Of a stretch of DNA of 47,521 nucleotides, positions 1 to 9,533 are shown piece by piece. This stretch comes from Pirellulales bacterium. Lineage in GTDB: Bacteria; Planctomycetota; Planctomycetia; Pirellulales; UBA1268. Every line of letters begins with the position of its first letter. The stretch's first letter is position 1. Made by a program: the position numbers and the translations under genes. The stretch is taken from contig JBILVW010000001.1 of NCBI GenBank assembly GCA_044370205.1, forward strand, positions 1 to 47,521. Reading direction: 5' to 3'. Below the pieces are notes generated by a model that was not told where the DNA came from, made no database searches, and saw only the letters and a list, made by a program, of their open reading frames with translations.

Positions 1-75
1 GGCGAGCAGCATCTTGCGTGGGAGCCGCGTGCTCGACAGCCGCGCGGGGATCACGATGAGGGCGGGAGATGACAT
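1..75 (-). CDS. kdsB: 3-deoxy-manno-octulosonate cytidylyltransferase (CMP-KDO synthetase), N-terminal fragment running off the window
   Basis: Reverse-strand ATG at 75. Translation MSSPALIVIPARLSSTRLPRKMLLA matches the IIPAR-x-S-TRLPGK N-terminal signature of KdsB-type cytidylyltransferases. Only 25 codons are visible. Confidence 0.55.
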   Translation of the reverse strand, partial: MSSPALIVIPARLSSTRLPRKMLLA

Positions 76-122
76 GCGGGAAAGTGTATGCGAATTTCGC
101 GTCGACGGGGCCGGCGACGCCT

Positions 123-263
123 CATACAAGCCCCCATGCGCAAGCAGGGGGATCATGCGGCCGCAAGCAGAGTGATCGGCGCGCCGGTTGAAGCAGCGCG
201 GATTATCCCCCGGCTTGCGCCTGGGGGCTTGTATGGGAAGGTCGCGAGCCTGGGGGCTTTTAT
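123..263. repeat. Family-1 GC-hairpin (REP-like) cluster: forward unit 123-154, inverted unit 201-236, partial inverted unit 244-263
   Basis: catacaagCCCCCatgcGCAAgcaGGGGGatc (123-154) and its near reverse complement gattatCCCCCggcTTGCgccTGGGGGcttgtatgg (201-236). Same unit type as at 9011-9372, 10282-10368, 20128-20295, 40950-41175, 43613-43836 and 47262-47468. Confidence 0.85.
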
Positions 264-1303
264 CCCAGCTGCGCGTGGGCTTCGAGGAGCAACTCTTCGG
301 TCTCGCTCCACCCGATGCAGCCGTCGGTGATCGACACGCCGTAGGCCAGCTTCGAACGGTCGCTCGTCGCCGGCTGGCTGCCGGCGTTGATGTTGCTCTC
401 GAGCATCAGCCCCACGATCGACCGATCCCCCTCCACCCGCTGGGCGAGCACGTCCCGCCACACGATCGACTGGCGGCGGTGGTCCTTGCCCGAATTGGCG
501 TGGCTGCAATCGACGATCACGCGGGGCGGCAGGCCGGCCGCCTCGAGCCGCTTCCGGGCCTCCTGCATGATCTCCGGCGAATAGTTCGAGCCACTCCGGC
601 CGCCACGGAGCATGAGCACGCCCCAGGGATTGCCCGTGGTGGAGACGACCGCCGTGCCACCGTCGTTGTCGATGCCCAGGAAGCTGTGGGGCGTGCGGGC
701 CGCCTGCATCGCATCGACCGCCGCCTGCAGCGAGCCGTCGGTGGAGTTCTTGAAGCCCACCGGCATCGAGAGGCCGCTGGCCATCTGGCGGTGCGTGGGG
801 CTCTCGGTCGTTCGGGCCCCGATCGCCCCCAGCACGATCGTGTCGGCGATGTATTGCGGCGTGATCGGCTCCAGGAATTCCGTGGCCGTGGAGAGGCCCA
901 TGCTGCCGATCTCGATCAGCAGGCCGCGGGCGATCCGCAGGCCCGTGGCCACGTCGAACGTGTCGTCGAGGTGCGGATCGTTGATCAGGCCCTTCCAGCC
1001 CACCGTCGTCCGTGGCTTCTCGAAATAGACCCGCATGATCACGAGCAGCCGGTCGGCCACCCGGTCAGCCAGCTGCTTGAGCCGGCCGGCGTAGTCGCGG
1101 GCGGCGTCGAGATCGTGGATCGAGCAGGGCCCCACCACCGCCATCACCCGCGGGTCGGCGCCGGCGAGCACCTGCTCCACGGCGTGGCGGCCCGCCACGA
1201 TCGTGGCCCGGGCGGCGTCGTCGAGCGGCAGCAGGTTGCACAGCCGCGACGGCGGCACGAGCGACTCCAGGCTCTTGATGCGTAGGTTGGATGTGGCGAG
1301 CAT
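260..1303 (-). CDS. aroG: 3-deoxy-7-phosphoheptulonate (DAHP) synthase, class I-alpha
   Basis: 347-aa ORF carrying the class I DAHP synthase signature EKPRTTVGWKGLINDP, plus IVDCSHANS and GLMLESN motifs. Full length for the family. Confidence 0.93.
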   Translation of the reverse strand: MLATSNLRIKSLESLVPPSRLCNLLPLDDAARATIVAGRHAVEQVLAGADPRVMAVVGPCSIHDLDAARDYAGRLKQLADRVADRLLVIMRVYFEKPRTTVGWKGLINDPHLDDTFDVATGLRIARGLLIEIGSMGLSTATEFLEPITPQYIADTIVLGAIGARTTESPTHRQMASGLSMPVGFKNSTDGSLQAAVDAMQAARTPHSFLGIDNDGGTAVVSTTGNPWGVLMLRGGRSGSNYSPEIMQEARKRLEAAGLPPRVIVDCSHANSGKDHRRQSIVWRDVLAQRVEGDRSIVGLMLESNINAGSQPATSDRSKLAYGVSITDGCIGWSETEELLLEAHAQLG

Positions 1304-1309
1304 CCCACA

Positions 1310-1315
1310 ACTTTA
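1310..1315 (-). promoter_or_regulatory. -10-like hexamer TAAAGT, 6 nt upstream of the aroG ATG (possible leaderless or very short leader transcript)
   Basis: Reverse strand reads gtcgggTAAAGTtgtgggATG. Same hexamer-to-ATG spacing as TAGAAT at 38953-38958. Confidence 0.25.
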
Positions 1316-1361
1316 CCCGACAAATCCGCCGCGCGCAGGCCTCATAGTGCGGGAGCCGACG

Positions 1362-1469
1362 GAATCGGCGAAAGCTCGAGGAGCATTGGGAACTTTCGAC
1401 CTGTCAGGCAAGGCAGCTTCGCAGGTCGTGAAAGGAGAAAGTTTCCACGCGACGAGACTTTTGCCGTTC
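1362..1469 (-). repeat. Family-3 structured hairpin element, copy 1 (long central helix)
   Basis: Reverse strand: GAACGGCAAAAGtCTCG-TCGCG-TGGAAACTTTC...GAAAGTTCCCA-ATGCTCCT-CGAGCTTTCGCCGaTTC. Same outer arms and internal loop as copies at 37257-37335 and 38838-38903. Confidence 0.8.
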
Positions 1470-1496
1470 CGGCGGCGGTGCCGACGTGGCATTTGA

Positions 1497-3237
<1,741 letters not shown>

Positions 3238-3262
3238 TCGCTCAGCGGTTGGCGCCGCCTCA

Positions 3263-3392
3263 GGGCTACCCATGCCATGTCGCCGGACGTTCGCTGCGCC
3301 CATCCTGGGCTCCGCTCTCTCGATGCTGCCTGCGCTTCGGCATCCATGCCTGCGCTGGTCAGCAACGCCGACGCCACGGCACGGGTAGCCCC
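3263..3392 (+). repeat. Family-2 element (about 130 bp, terminal inverted repeats), copy A
   Basis: Ends GGGCTACCCATGCC...GGCACGGGTAGCCC are reverse complements. The interior aligns with copies at 3433-3560, 13636-13767 and 30685-30825. Confidence 0.85.
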
Positions 3393-3432
3393 GAGGCTTC
3401 CTCTTCAGATTCGCAGGGGGAGGCGAGGGGCC

Positions 3433-3560
3433 GGGGCTGCCCATGCCCCGGGAGTCGGCGTTGGCGGCGAGCGGAGCCATGGATGGCGGAGCGAAGACGC
3501 CATCGAGTGAGCGAAGGGCAGGATGCCCGTAGCGAACGTCCGGCGACGGGGCGTGGGCAG
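3433..3560 (-). repeat. Family-2 element, copy B (inverted relative to copy A)
   Basis: GGGGCTGCCCATGCCCC...GGGGCGTGGGCAG termini. Interior carries AGCGAA three times at about 21-nt spacing. The reverse complement aligns with copy A over most of its length. Confidence 0.85.
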
Positions 3561-3632
3561 TTCCGGCCTCTCGCCGGCTGGATGCTTGCAGGCGTCAGCT
3601 ACACTACGGAGCATTCACCCGAAGAGACATCC

Positions 3633-3911
3633 ATGACTACAGACGACCTGACGTCCGAGCCGCAGGCGCCGCCGGCGACGTTCGACTTTTTGATCCACAC
3701 GCTCTTCACCCAGGCGCTGATGGCCCTGGGGCGGATTCCCAATCCGATCACCAATAAGACGCACAAGAACCTCGCCTCCGCGCGGCACTTCGTCGCGATG
3801 CTCGCGATGCTCGAGCAGAAGACGGCCGGCAACCTCACCGAGGAGGAGCGGCGGGTGCTCGAGGAGATGCAGCACCAGCTGCGGATGCAGATCGTCGCGG
3901 AGCAGGAGTGA
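3633..3911 (+). CDS. DUF1844-like small protein
   Basis: 92-aa ORF from the internal ATG at 3633 (MTTDDLTSEPQAPPATFDFLIHTLFTQALMALG...). The upstream part of ORF 3249..3911 is translation of the family-2 repeats. Stop lies 7 nt before folD. Confidence 0.6.
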   Translation: MTTDDLTSEPQAPPATFDFLIHTLFTQALMALGRIPNPITNKTHKNLASARHFVAMLAMLEQKTAGNLTEEERRVLEEMQHQLRMQIVAEQE

Positions 3912-3918
3912 GCGTCGC

Positions 3919-4794
3919 ATGACCGCCCTGCTGCTCGACGGCCGTGCCCTGGCCGGAAAGATCGAGGACTCCCTCCGCGCCGAGGTCGAGACCTTCGCCG
4001 ACATGTTCAAGCGGCGGCCGCGGCTCGTGGTCGTGCTCGTGGGCGACATGGCCGCGAGCGCGAGCTATGTGAAGAGCAAGGCGGCCGCGGCGGACCGCGT
4101 GGGCATCGATGCGGAGGTGGTGCGGGTGCCGGCGACGATCGACACGGCGGCGCTCGTGGCTCTCGTGCGGGCGATCGCTCACGACGAGCACGGGCCGGCC
4201 GACGGGATCCTCGTGCAGCTGCCGTTGCCCGAACACGTCGACTCGATCGCCGTGCTCGATGCCGTGCCGCCTGACCGTGACGTGGACGGCTTCCATCCGG
4301 AGAACGCCGGCCTGCTCTCGCAGGGGCGGCCACGGTTCGTGCCCTGCACGGCGGCGGGCGTGCAGCGGATGCTGATCGACGCCGGGATCGAGACCGCCGG
4401 CCGGCATGCCGTGATCATCGGCCGCAGCGACATCGTGGGGAAGCCGCTGGCCCTGCTGCTCTCGGCGAAGGGTACGGGCGGTGACGCCACCGTGACGATC
4501 TGCCACAGCCGCTCGGCCGATCTGCCGGCGATCACCCGTTCAGCCGACATCCTCGTGGCCGCGGTGGGCCGGCCGCGGCTCGTCACGGCCGACATGGTGC
4601 GGCCGGGGGCGGCCGTGATCGACGTCGGCATCAACAGAGTGGACGGCAAGCTCGTGGGCGACGTCGACTTCGAGCCGGTGCGGAAGGTGGCCGGCTGGAT
4701 CTCGCCCGTGCCGGGGGGCGTGGGGCCGCTCACGGTCGCCATGCTCATCTCCAACACGCTGCTCGCCGCCGAATTGCGGCTTGGCAGGCGGTAA
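3919..4794 (+). CDS. folD: bifunctional methylenetetrahydrofolate dehydrogenase / methenyltetrahydrofolate cyclohydrolase
   Basis: 291 aa. LLDGRALA N-terminus, YVKSK, GRSDIVGKP and PVPGGVGPLT motifs typical of FolD. Confidence 0.95.
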   Translation: MTALLLDGRALAGKIEDSLRAEVETFADMFKRRPRLVVVLVGDMAASASYVKSKAAAADRVGIDAEVVRVPATIDTAALVALVRAIAHDEHGPADGILVQLPLPEHVDSIAVLDAVPPDRDVDGFHPENAGLLSQGRPRFVPCTAAGVQRMLIDAGIETAGRHAVIIGRSDIVGKPLALLLSAKGTGGDATVTICHSRSADLPAITRSADILVAAVGRPRLVTADMVRPGAAVIDVGINRVDGKLVGDVDFEPVRKVAGWISPVPGGVGPLTVAMLISNTLLAAELRLGRR

Positions 4795-4995
4795 AACCGC
4801 CTTGTTCGGTCGGGGGGCGATCGGTACCCTCCCCGCCCGCATGGTCGGTCAGGTCGGGCGAAACCGCCCACCTTGCCCGTCCGTGTGCAGACCCCGCGGG
4901 CGGTCCTAGCGGGACCGGCGGTGGGCCGATAGCGGCGTCCGGACCGATGCAGACCGGCAGTCGATCGGCACGGACGAGGTGAGAACACAGATTCC

Positions 4996-6945
4996 ATGCA
5001 TTATTTCCTGCGTGCGTTGCGTGAGGCCGCCAAGAGCTGGCCCCTTTTGGCCGCCGCTCTTCTCTGCTCCGCCGGCGTGGCCGCCCTCTGGGGCGCCAAC
5101 ATCGCGGCCCTCTTTCCGATCATCGAGGTGACGCTCAAGGGCGAGTCGCTCCAGTCGTGGAACGAGCGACGGATCGTCGATGCCCGGGGCCGCGTGGAGG
5201 CGGCGGATGCCGACCGGGTGAAGATCGAGGAGAAACTCGCCGGCGACGGCCTCGACGCCGCCGCCAAGGTCAAGCTCCGCAACCGCCTCGACTCGCTCGA
5301 TCTCACCCGCCGCGGCGAAGAGGCCATCGTCTACTCGGGCGAGAAGCTCCGGCCCTGGCTCGACCGCTTCCTGCCCGTCGACCCGTTCAAGACGGTGCTG
5401 CTCGTCGTCGTGTTCGTCGTCGTGAGCACGTTCCTCAAGCACCTGCTGCTGCTGGGCAGCACGCTTCTCGTCGGCTGGGTGGCGATGAACATCAGCCGCA
5501 ACATCCGGCTCAAGGTGTTCGACAAGGCCCTGGAACTCGACCGGGCCCAGTTCATGAGACACGGCTCGGCCGGGTTCATGGCCCAGGTGACGAGCACCTC
5601 GGAGATGCTGGCCAGCGGCATCACGAGCGTGTACGGCGGGGCCGTCACGGAGCCCCTCAAGATCCTCGCCTGCCTCGGCTGTGCGATGATGGTGTCGTGG
5701 CGGCTGACACTCGCCTGCCTGCTGCTCGCCCCGGTGGTGGGCTTCCTGATGGTCTGGCTCAACCGGCGAATCCGGACCATTTCGAAGGGCGTGCTCGCCC
5801 GCTCGAAGGGCTTCCACCACGTGCTGCTCGAAGCGCTCAACAACGTGCTCACCGTGCAGGCCTACACGATGGAGGAGTTCGAGCGACAGCGGTTCCGCAA
5901 CTGCACGGCCGACATGCTGCGGACGGGCATGTGGCACACCTTCTATCACGCCCTGGCCAACCCGATCACCGAGATCCTGGGCATCGGGATGGTGGCCACG
6001 TCGATCGCCGTGGGCGCCTGGCTCGTGATCAACCAAGAGACGCGGATCTTCGGAATCACGATCACCGACCAGCCCATGACCGTGCCCGGCATCATGATCT
6101 TCTTCGGCTTCCTGATCGGGGCGAGCGACCCGGTCCGCAAGCTCTCGGGCGTGATCACCGGGCTCAACGTGGGCACCGTGGGCGCCCAGGCGCTCTACCC
6201 GCTGCTCGACACGCCGTCGAAGCTGGCCGAGCCGGCCCATCCGCGGCAAGTGGCCTCGCCGCACCGCGAGATCCGCCTGGAGAACGTCTCGTTCAGCTAC
6301 GACGGCATCGACACGGTGCTCAAGGACGTCAACGTGTCGATCCGGTTCGGCGAGCGGATCGCCATCGTGGGTCCCAACGGCGGCGGCAAGAGCACGCTCG
6401 TGAACGTCATCTGCCGGTTTTACGATCCGACCGGGGGCCGCGTGCTGCTCGACGGCGTGCCACTCACCGAGATGTCGCTGCACGACCTGCGGCGGCGGAT
6501 CGCGATGGTGACGCAGCAGACCGAGCTCTTCAACGAGTCGATCCACTACAACATCAAGTACGGCCGCTGGGACGCCACCGACGCCGAGATCGAGGAGGCG
6601 GCCCGCAAGGCCCACGCCCACGAGTTCATCGCCGACTTTCCCGACGGCTACCGCACGATGGTCGGTCCGAACGGCTTCCGCCTTTCGGGCGGCCAGCGGC
6701 AGCGGATCTCGCTGGCCCGGGCGTTCCTCCGGAATGCCGAGATCCTCGTGCTCGACGAGGCCACCAGCCAGATCGACGTGGAGAGCGAACGGCTCATCCA
6801 CGAGGCCCTCGCGAAATACGTCGAGAACCGGACGGTGATCATGATCACCCACCGGGCGAGCACGCTGGCCCTGGCCGACTCGATCATCGAGGTGGAGCAC
6901 GGCCAGGCGACGAAGCGGCCTGCCGCACAGCACCGGGCCGCATGA
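4996..6945 (+). CDS. ABC exporter, fused permease/ATPase (MsbA-like)
   Basis: 649 aa. N-terminal multi-TM exporter domain, then Walker A GPNGGGKST, signature LSGGQRQR and Walker B ILVLDEATS. About 95-aa hydrophilic insert between TM1 and TM2. Confidence 0.9.
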   Translation: MHYFLRALREAAKSWPLLAAALLCSAGVAALWGANIAALFPIIEVTLKGESLQSWNERRIVDARGRVEAADADRVKIEEKLAGDGLDAAAKVKLRNRLDSLDLTRRGEEAIVYSGEKLRPWLDRFLPVDPFKTVLLVVVFVVVSTFLKHLLLLGSTLLVGWVAMNISRNIRLKVFDKALELDRAQFMRHGSAGFMAQVTSTSEMLASGITSVYGGAVTEPLKILACLGCAMMVSWRLTLACLLLAPVVGFLMVWLNRRIRTISKGVLARSKGFHHVLLEALNNVLTVQAYTMEEFERQRFRNCTADMLRTGMWHTFYHALANPITEILGIGMVATSIAVGAWLVINQETRIFGITITDQPMTVPGIMIFFGFLIGASDPVRKLSGVITGLNVGTVGAQALYPLLDTPSKLAEPAHPRQVASPHREIRLENVSFSYDGIDTVLKDVNVSIRFGERIAIVGPNGGGKSTLVNVICRFYDPTGGRVLLDGVPLTEMSLHDLRRRIAMVTQQTELFNESIHYNIKYGRWDATDAEIEEAARKAHAHEFIADFPDGYRTMVGPNGFRLSGGQRQRISLARAFLRNAEILVLDEATSQIDVESERLIHEALAKYVENRTVIMITHRASTLALADSIIEVEHGQATKRPAAQHRAA

Positions 6946-7523
6946 GGCGTGCTACAATTCCCGGCATGTCAGCCATGATTTCGTGCGTGTGTGGCTATCG
7001 TGGTGCCGGCATCGGCGACGGATCCACGATGGTCTGCCCGATCTGTCGCACGCCGGTCGCGGCGACGCCGGCCGCGCCAGCGTCGCCGGCACCGATGCCG
7101 TCGGCTCCAGCGCCCGCCTTCGCTCCGCCGCCGGCCCCGGCTGGCGGGCTGCGGATGCCTCCGCCGCCGGGCGTCCTGCCGCCGGCCCCCGCTCGACCGG
7201 CCTCCGCCCCCGCAGCGGCCGTCGCTCCGCGATCCGCCAGTGGCGGCATGCTGCGGATTCCATGCCCCAACGGCCACGTGCTCAAGACGAAGCGATCGAT
7301 GCTCGGCCAGCAGGTCGTCTGCCCCAGCTGCAACGAGTTCTTCACGCTCGAGGAGACGGCGAGCCTCGAGTACAAGGAAGAGGCTGCCCGCCGTCGGGCC
7401 CACGAAGACGAGGAGCGGGCCCAGAAGTGGCTCTGGCGGGCGATCTACTCGGCGATCTTCATCGTGCTGTCGTTCATCGTGATGGCGGTCATCGGCTCGA
7501 ACCCGCAGTGGTTCCAGAAGTGA
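6942..7523 (+). CDS. membrane-anchored double zinc-ribbon protein with Pro/Ala-rich linker
   Basis: ATG at 6942 overlaps the ABC exporter stop (ATGA). Motifs CVCG...CPIC and CPNGH...CPSC are separated by a PA-rich low-complexity tract, with a C-terminal TM helix (AIYSAIFIVLSFIVMAVIG). Alternative starts at 6966 and 6975. Confidence 0.55.
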   Translation: MRRATIPGMSAMISCVCGYRGAGIGDGSTMVCPICRTPVAATPAAPASPAPMPSAPAPAFAPPPAPAGGLRMPPPPGVLPPAPARPASAPAAAVAPRSASGGMLRIPCPNGHVLKTKRSMLGQQVVCPSCNEFFTLEETASLEYKEEAARRRAHEDEERAQKWLWRAIYSAIFIVLSFIVMAVIGSNPQWFQK

Positions 7524-8988
7524 GCCGCTGGTTCCAGCGGGCGGCGTCCCGCGGCTCGTAGGTTGCCAGTTCGAAGCTGTCGCGGACGATCGACCGCACG
7601 GCCCGCAGATCGACCTCGTGCCCCTCCCGGGCGGTGAGCTGCACGAGCAGGTTGCCGATCGCCGTGGCCTCGACGGGACCGGCCACCACCGGGCGATCGC
7701 AGGCGTCGGCGATCATCTGGCAGAGCAGACGGTTCTTCACGCCTCCTCCCACCACGTGGATCCGGCCCACCCGCCGGCCCAGCAGCTCGTCGAGTTCCTC
7801 GAGCGTCCGCCGCACGGCCGCGGCCATGCTCTCGAGCGCGGTGCGGACGATCGCCGCCGTCGATTCGGGCACCGGCTCCCCCGAGGCCTTCGCCAGGCCG
7901 CGAATCGCCTCGGGCATGTCGGTCGGGGCGACGAGCGCCGGATGATTGGGATCGACGAGCGTGACCAGCGGCGGAGCCTCGGCCGCGAGGGCCGTGAGCT
8001 GGTCCCAGGTCCAGCCCTTGCCCGCCCGCTGCCAGGCGGCCCGGCACTGCTGCACGAGCCACAGGCCGCAGACGTTCTTGAGCAGACGGGTGGTGCCGCC
8101 GACGCCCCCTTCGTTGGTGAAGTTGCGGGCCAGACACTCGGGTGTGACGAGCGGGCGATCCAGCTCGGCGCCCACCAGCGCCCAGGTACCGAGGCTCACG
8201 TAGCACCAGTCGGGCCTGGCGCTCGCGGGGGCGAGGGCCGGCACGGCCGCGACGGCGCTGGCGGTGTCGTGGGTGCCGGGCACGATCACCTGCGCCGCAG
8301 TGAGGCCGGTTTCGGCGGCGAGCTCCGGCCGCAGCGATCCGAGGCTCGCGCCCGGCTCGACGATCGGGCCGAAGATCCGCCGCGGCAGGCCGAACCGCTC
8401 GAGCATGCCGAAGGCCCAGTCGTTGGCCTGTGGATCGAAACACTGCGAGGTCGTGGCGTTCGTCCGTTCGTTCGACCGCTTGCCCGAAAGGAGCCAGTGA
8501 AACAGATCTGGGATCATCAGCAGCCGGTCGGCGGCGGCGAGCACGGTCGAGTGGGCGTCGCGCATGGCCAGGAGCTGATAGAGCGAATTGAGCTCCATGA
8601 ACTGCAGGCCCGTGGCCGCGAAGATCTCCGCGCGGGGCACCGTCGCCTCGGCCTTCGCGAGCATTCCGCGGGTGCGCGGATCGCGATAGCAGACGGGCTG
8701 GCCGAGCAGCTCGTCGTCGGCACCGAGAAAGGCGAAATCGACGCCCCAGGTATCGACGCCGACGCTCGACACGTTCGCGCCGTACCGACTTCCCGCGAGC
8801 CGCAGCCCCTCCACCACTTCCTGCCACAGCCGCGGCAGATCCCAGACGAGCCTGCCGCCAAGCGACACCGGCCCGTTCTCGAACCGATGAATCTCCTCGA
8901 GTTCGAGCAGCCGCCCGTCGAACGAGCCGGCCACCACCCGGCCTCCCGAAGCTCCCAGATCCACCGCCAGGGCGACCGATCGCGTCAT
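7489..8988 (-). CDS. FGGY-family carbohydrate kinase, rhamnulokinase-like
   Basis: 499 aa from the internal ATG at 8988 (MTRSVALAVDLGASGGRVV...). GVDTWGVDF and HVVGGG motifs. The longer ORF to 9495 reads through the family-1 repeat array. Confidence 0.82.
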   Translation of the reverse strand: MTRSVALAVDLGASGGRVVAGSFDGRLLELEEIHRFENGPVSLGGRLVWDLPRLWQEVVEGLRLAGSRYGANVSSVGVDTWGVDFAFLGADDELLGQPVCYRDPRTRGMLAKAEATVPRAEIFAATGLQFMELNSLYQLLAMRDAHSTVLAAADRLLMIPDLFHWLLSGKRSNERTNATTSQCFDPQANDWAFGMLERFGLPRRIFGPIVEPGASLGSLRPELAAETGLTAAQVIVPGTHDTASAVAAVPALAPASARPDWCYVSLGTWALVGAELDRPLVTPECLARNFTNEGGVGGTTRLLKNVCGLWLVQQCRAAWQRAGKGWTWDQLTALAAEAPPLVTLVDPNHPALVAPTDMPEAIRGLAKASGEPVPESTAAIVRTALESMAAAVRRTLEELDELLGRRVGRIHVVGGGVKNRLLCQMIADACDRPVVAGPVEATAIGNLLVQLTAREGHEVDLRAVRSIVRDSFELATYEPRDAARWNQRLTSGTTAGSSR

Positions 8989-9010
8989 TGCACATGCCTC
9001 CGAGGAACGT

Positions 9011-9372
9011 CCCCGTCGAACCGGGGATGCAGGATCACAACACGCCCTCGCGTCGAATAAAAGCCCCCAGGCGCGAGCCGGGGGATCGCCTTCCCATACA
9101 AGCCCCCGGCGCAAGCCGGGGGATCGCCTCCTCATAGAAGCCCCCAGGCGCAAGCCGGGGGATCGCCTCCTCATAGAAGCCCCCAGGCGCGAGCCGGGGG
9201 ATATCTGGCATGGAGGCCGCATTGATCCCCCTGCTTGCGCATGGGGGCTTGTATTGGAAAGTCGAAAGGAAGCCCCCAGGCGCAAGCCGGGGGATCGCCT
9301 TCTCATAGAAGCCCCCGGCGCAAGCCGGGGGATGCTGGACGGAACGTCCAGCCAGCAAGCCGGGGGATCGCC
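9011..9372. repeat. Family-1 GC-hairpin array, about 9 units (largest in the window)
   Basis: Tandem units aagCCCCCaGGCGCAAGCCGGGGGatcgcctcctcatag with 38-39 nt period (9061-9203). One inverted unit at 9224-9256 forms a doublet with the unit ending at 9203. More forward units at 9270-9335 and a partial unit at 9352-9372. Confidence 0.9.
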
Positions 9373-9533
9373 GGAATGCAGGGACGGCGGGGCCACGCTG
9401 GCGGGATTCACGCAAACGGGTGAAACTTTGCGGGTTCCGACGATCGGCCTGCGTCGGCCCGCTGCCCGGGGTCGATGGAACCGTTCGGCCGGCATATTCT
9501 GAAAAGCCTTCCATCACCAGCCACGGGACATTC

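Noticed and set aside
3249-3632. N-terminal extensions of ORFs across repeat regions (3249-3911, 7489-9495, 12567-13793, 43695-44987, 20139-20666, 9420-10277)
   Set aside because: The extensions are translations of family-1 or family-2 repeats. Homology-supported N-termini begin at internal start codons, which I used instead.
9011-9372. CRISPR array (regular 28-30 nt repeats with short intervening sequence); the same thought applied to 40950-41175 and 47262-47468
   Set aside because: The intervening sequences are only 9-11 nt and are themselves conserved between units, so there are no unique spacers. Some units are inverted. No cas genes or leader lie nearby. The same units are scattered singly at many loci.
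9373-9533. Known riboswitch or leader classes upstream of cysH, pyrG, folD, the arg operon and the TPP-dependent decarboxylase
   Set aside because: I could not recognise any conserved core of the SAM, THF, TPP, PyrR-binding or T-box classes by eye in these leaders. This is a weak negative without a covariance-model scan.
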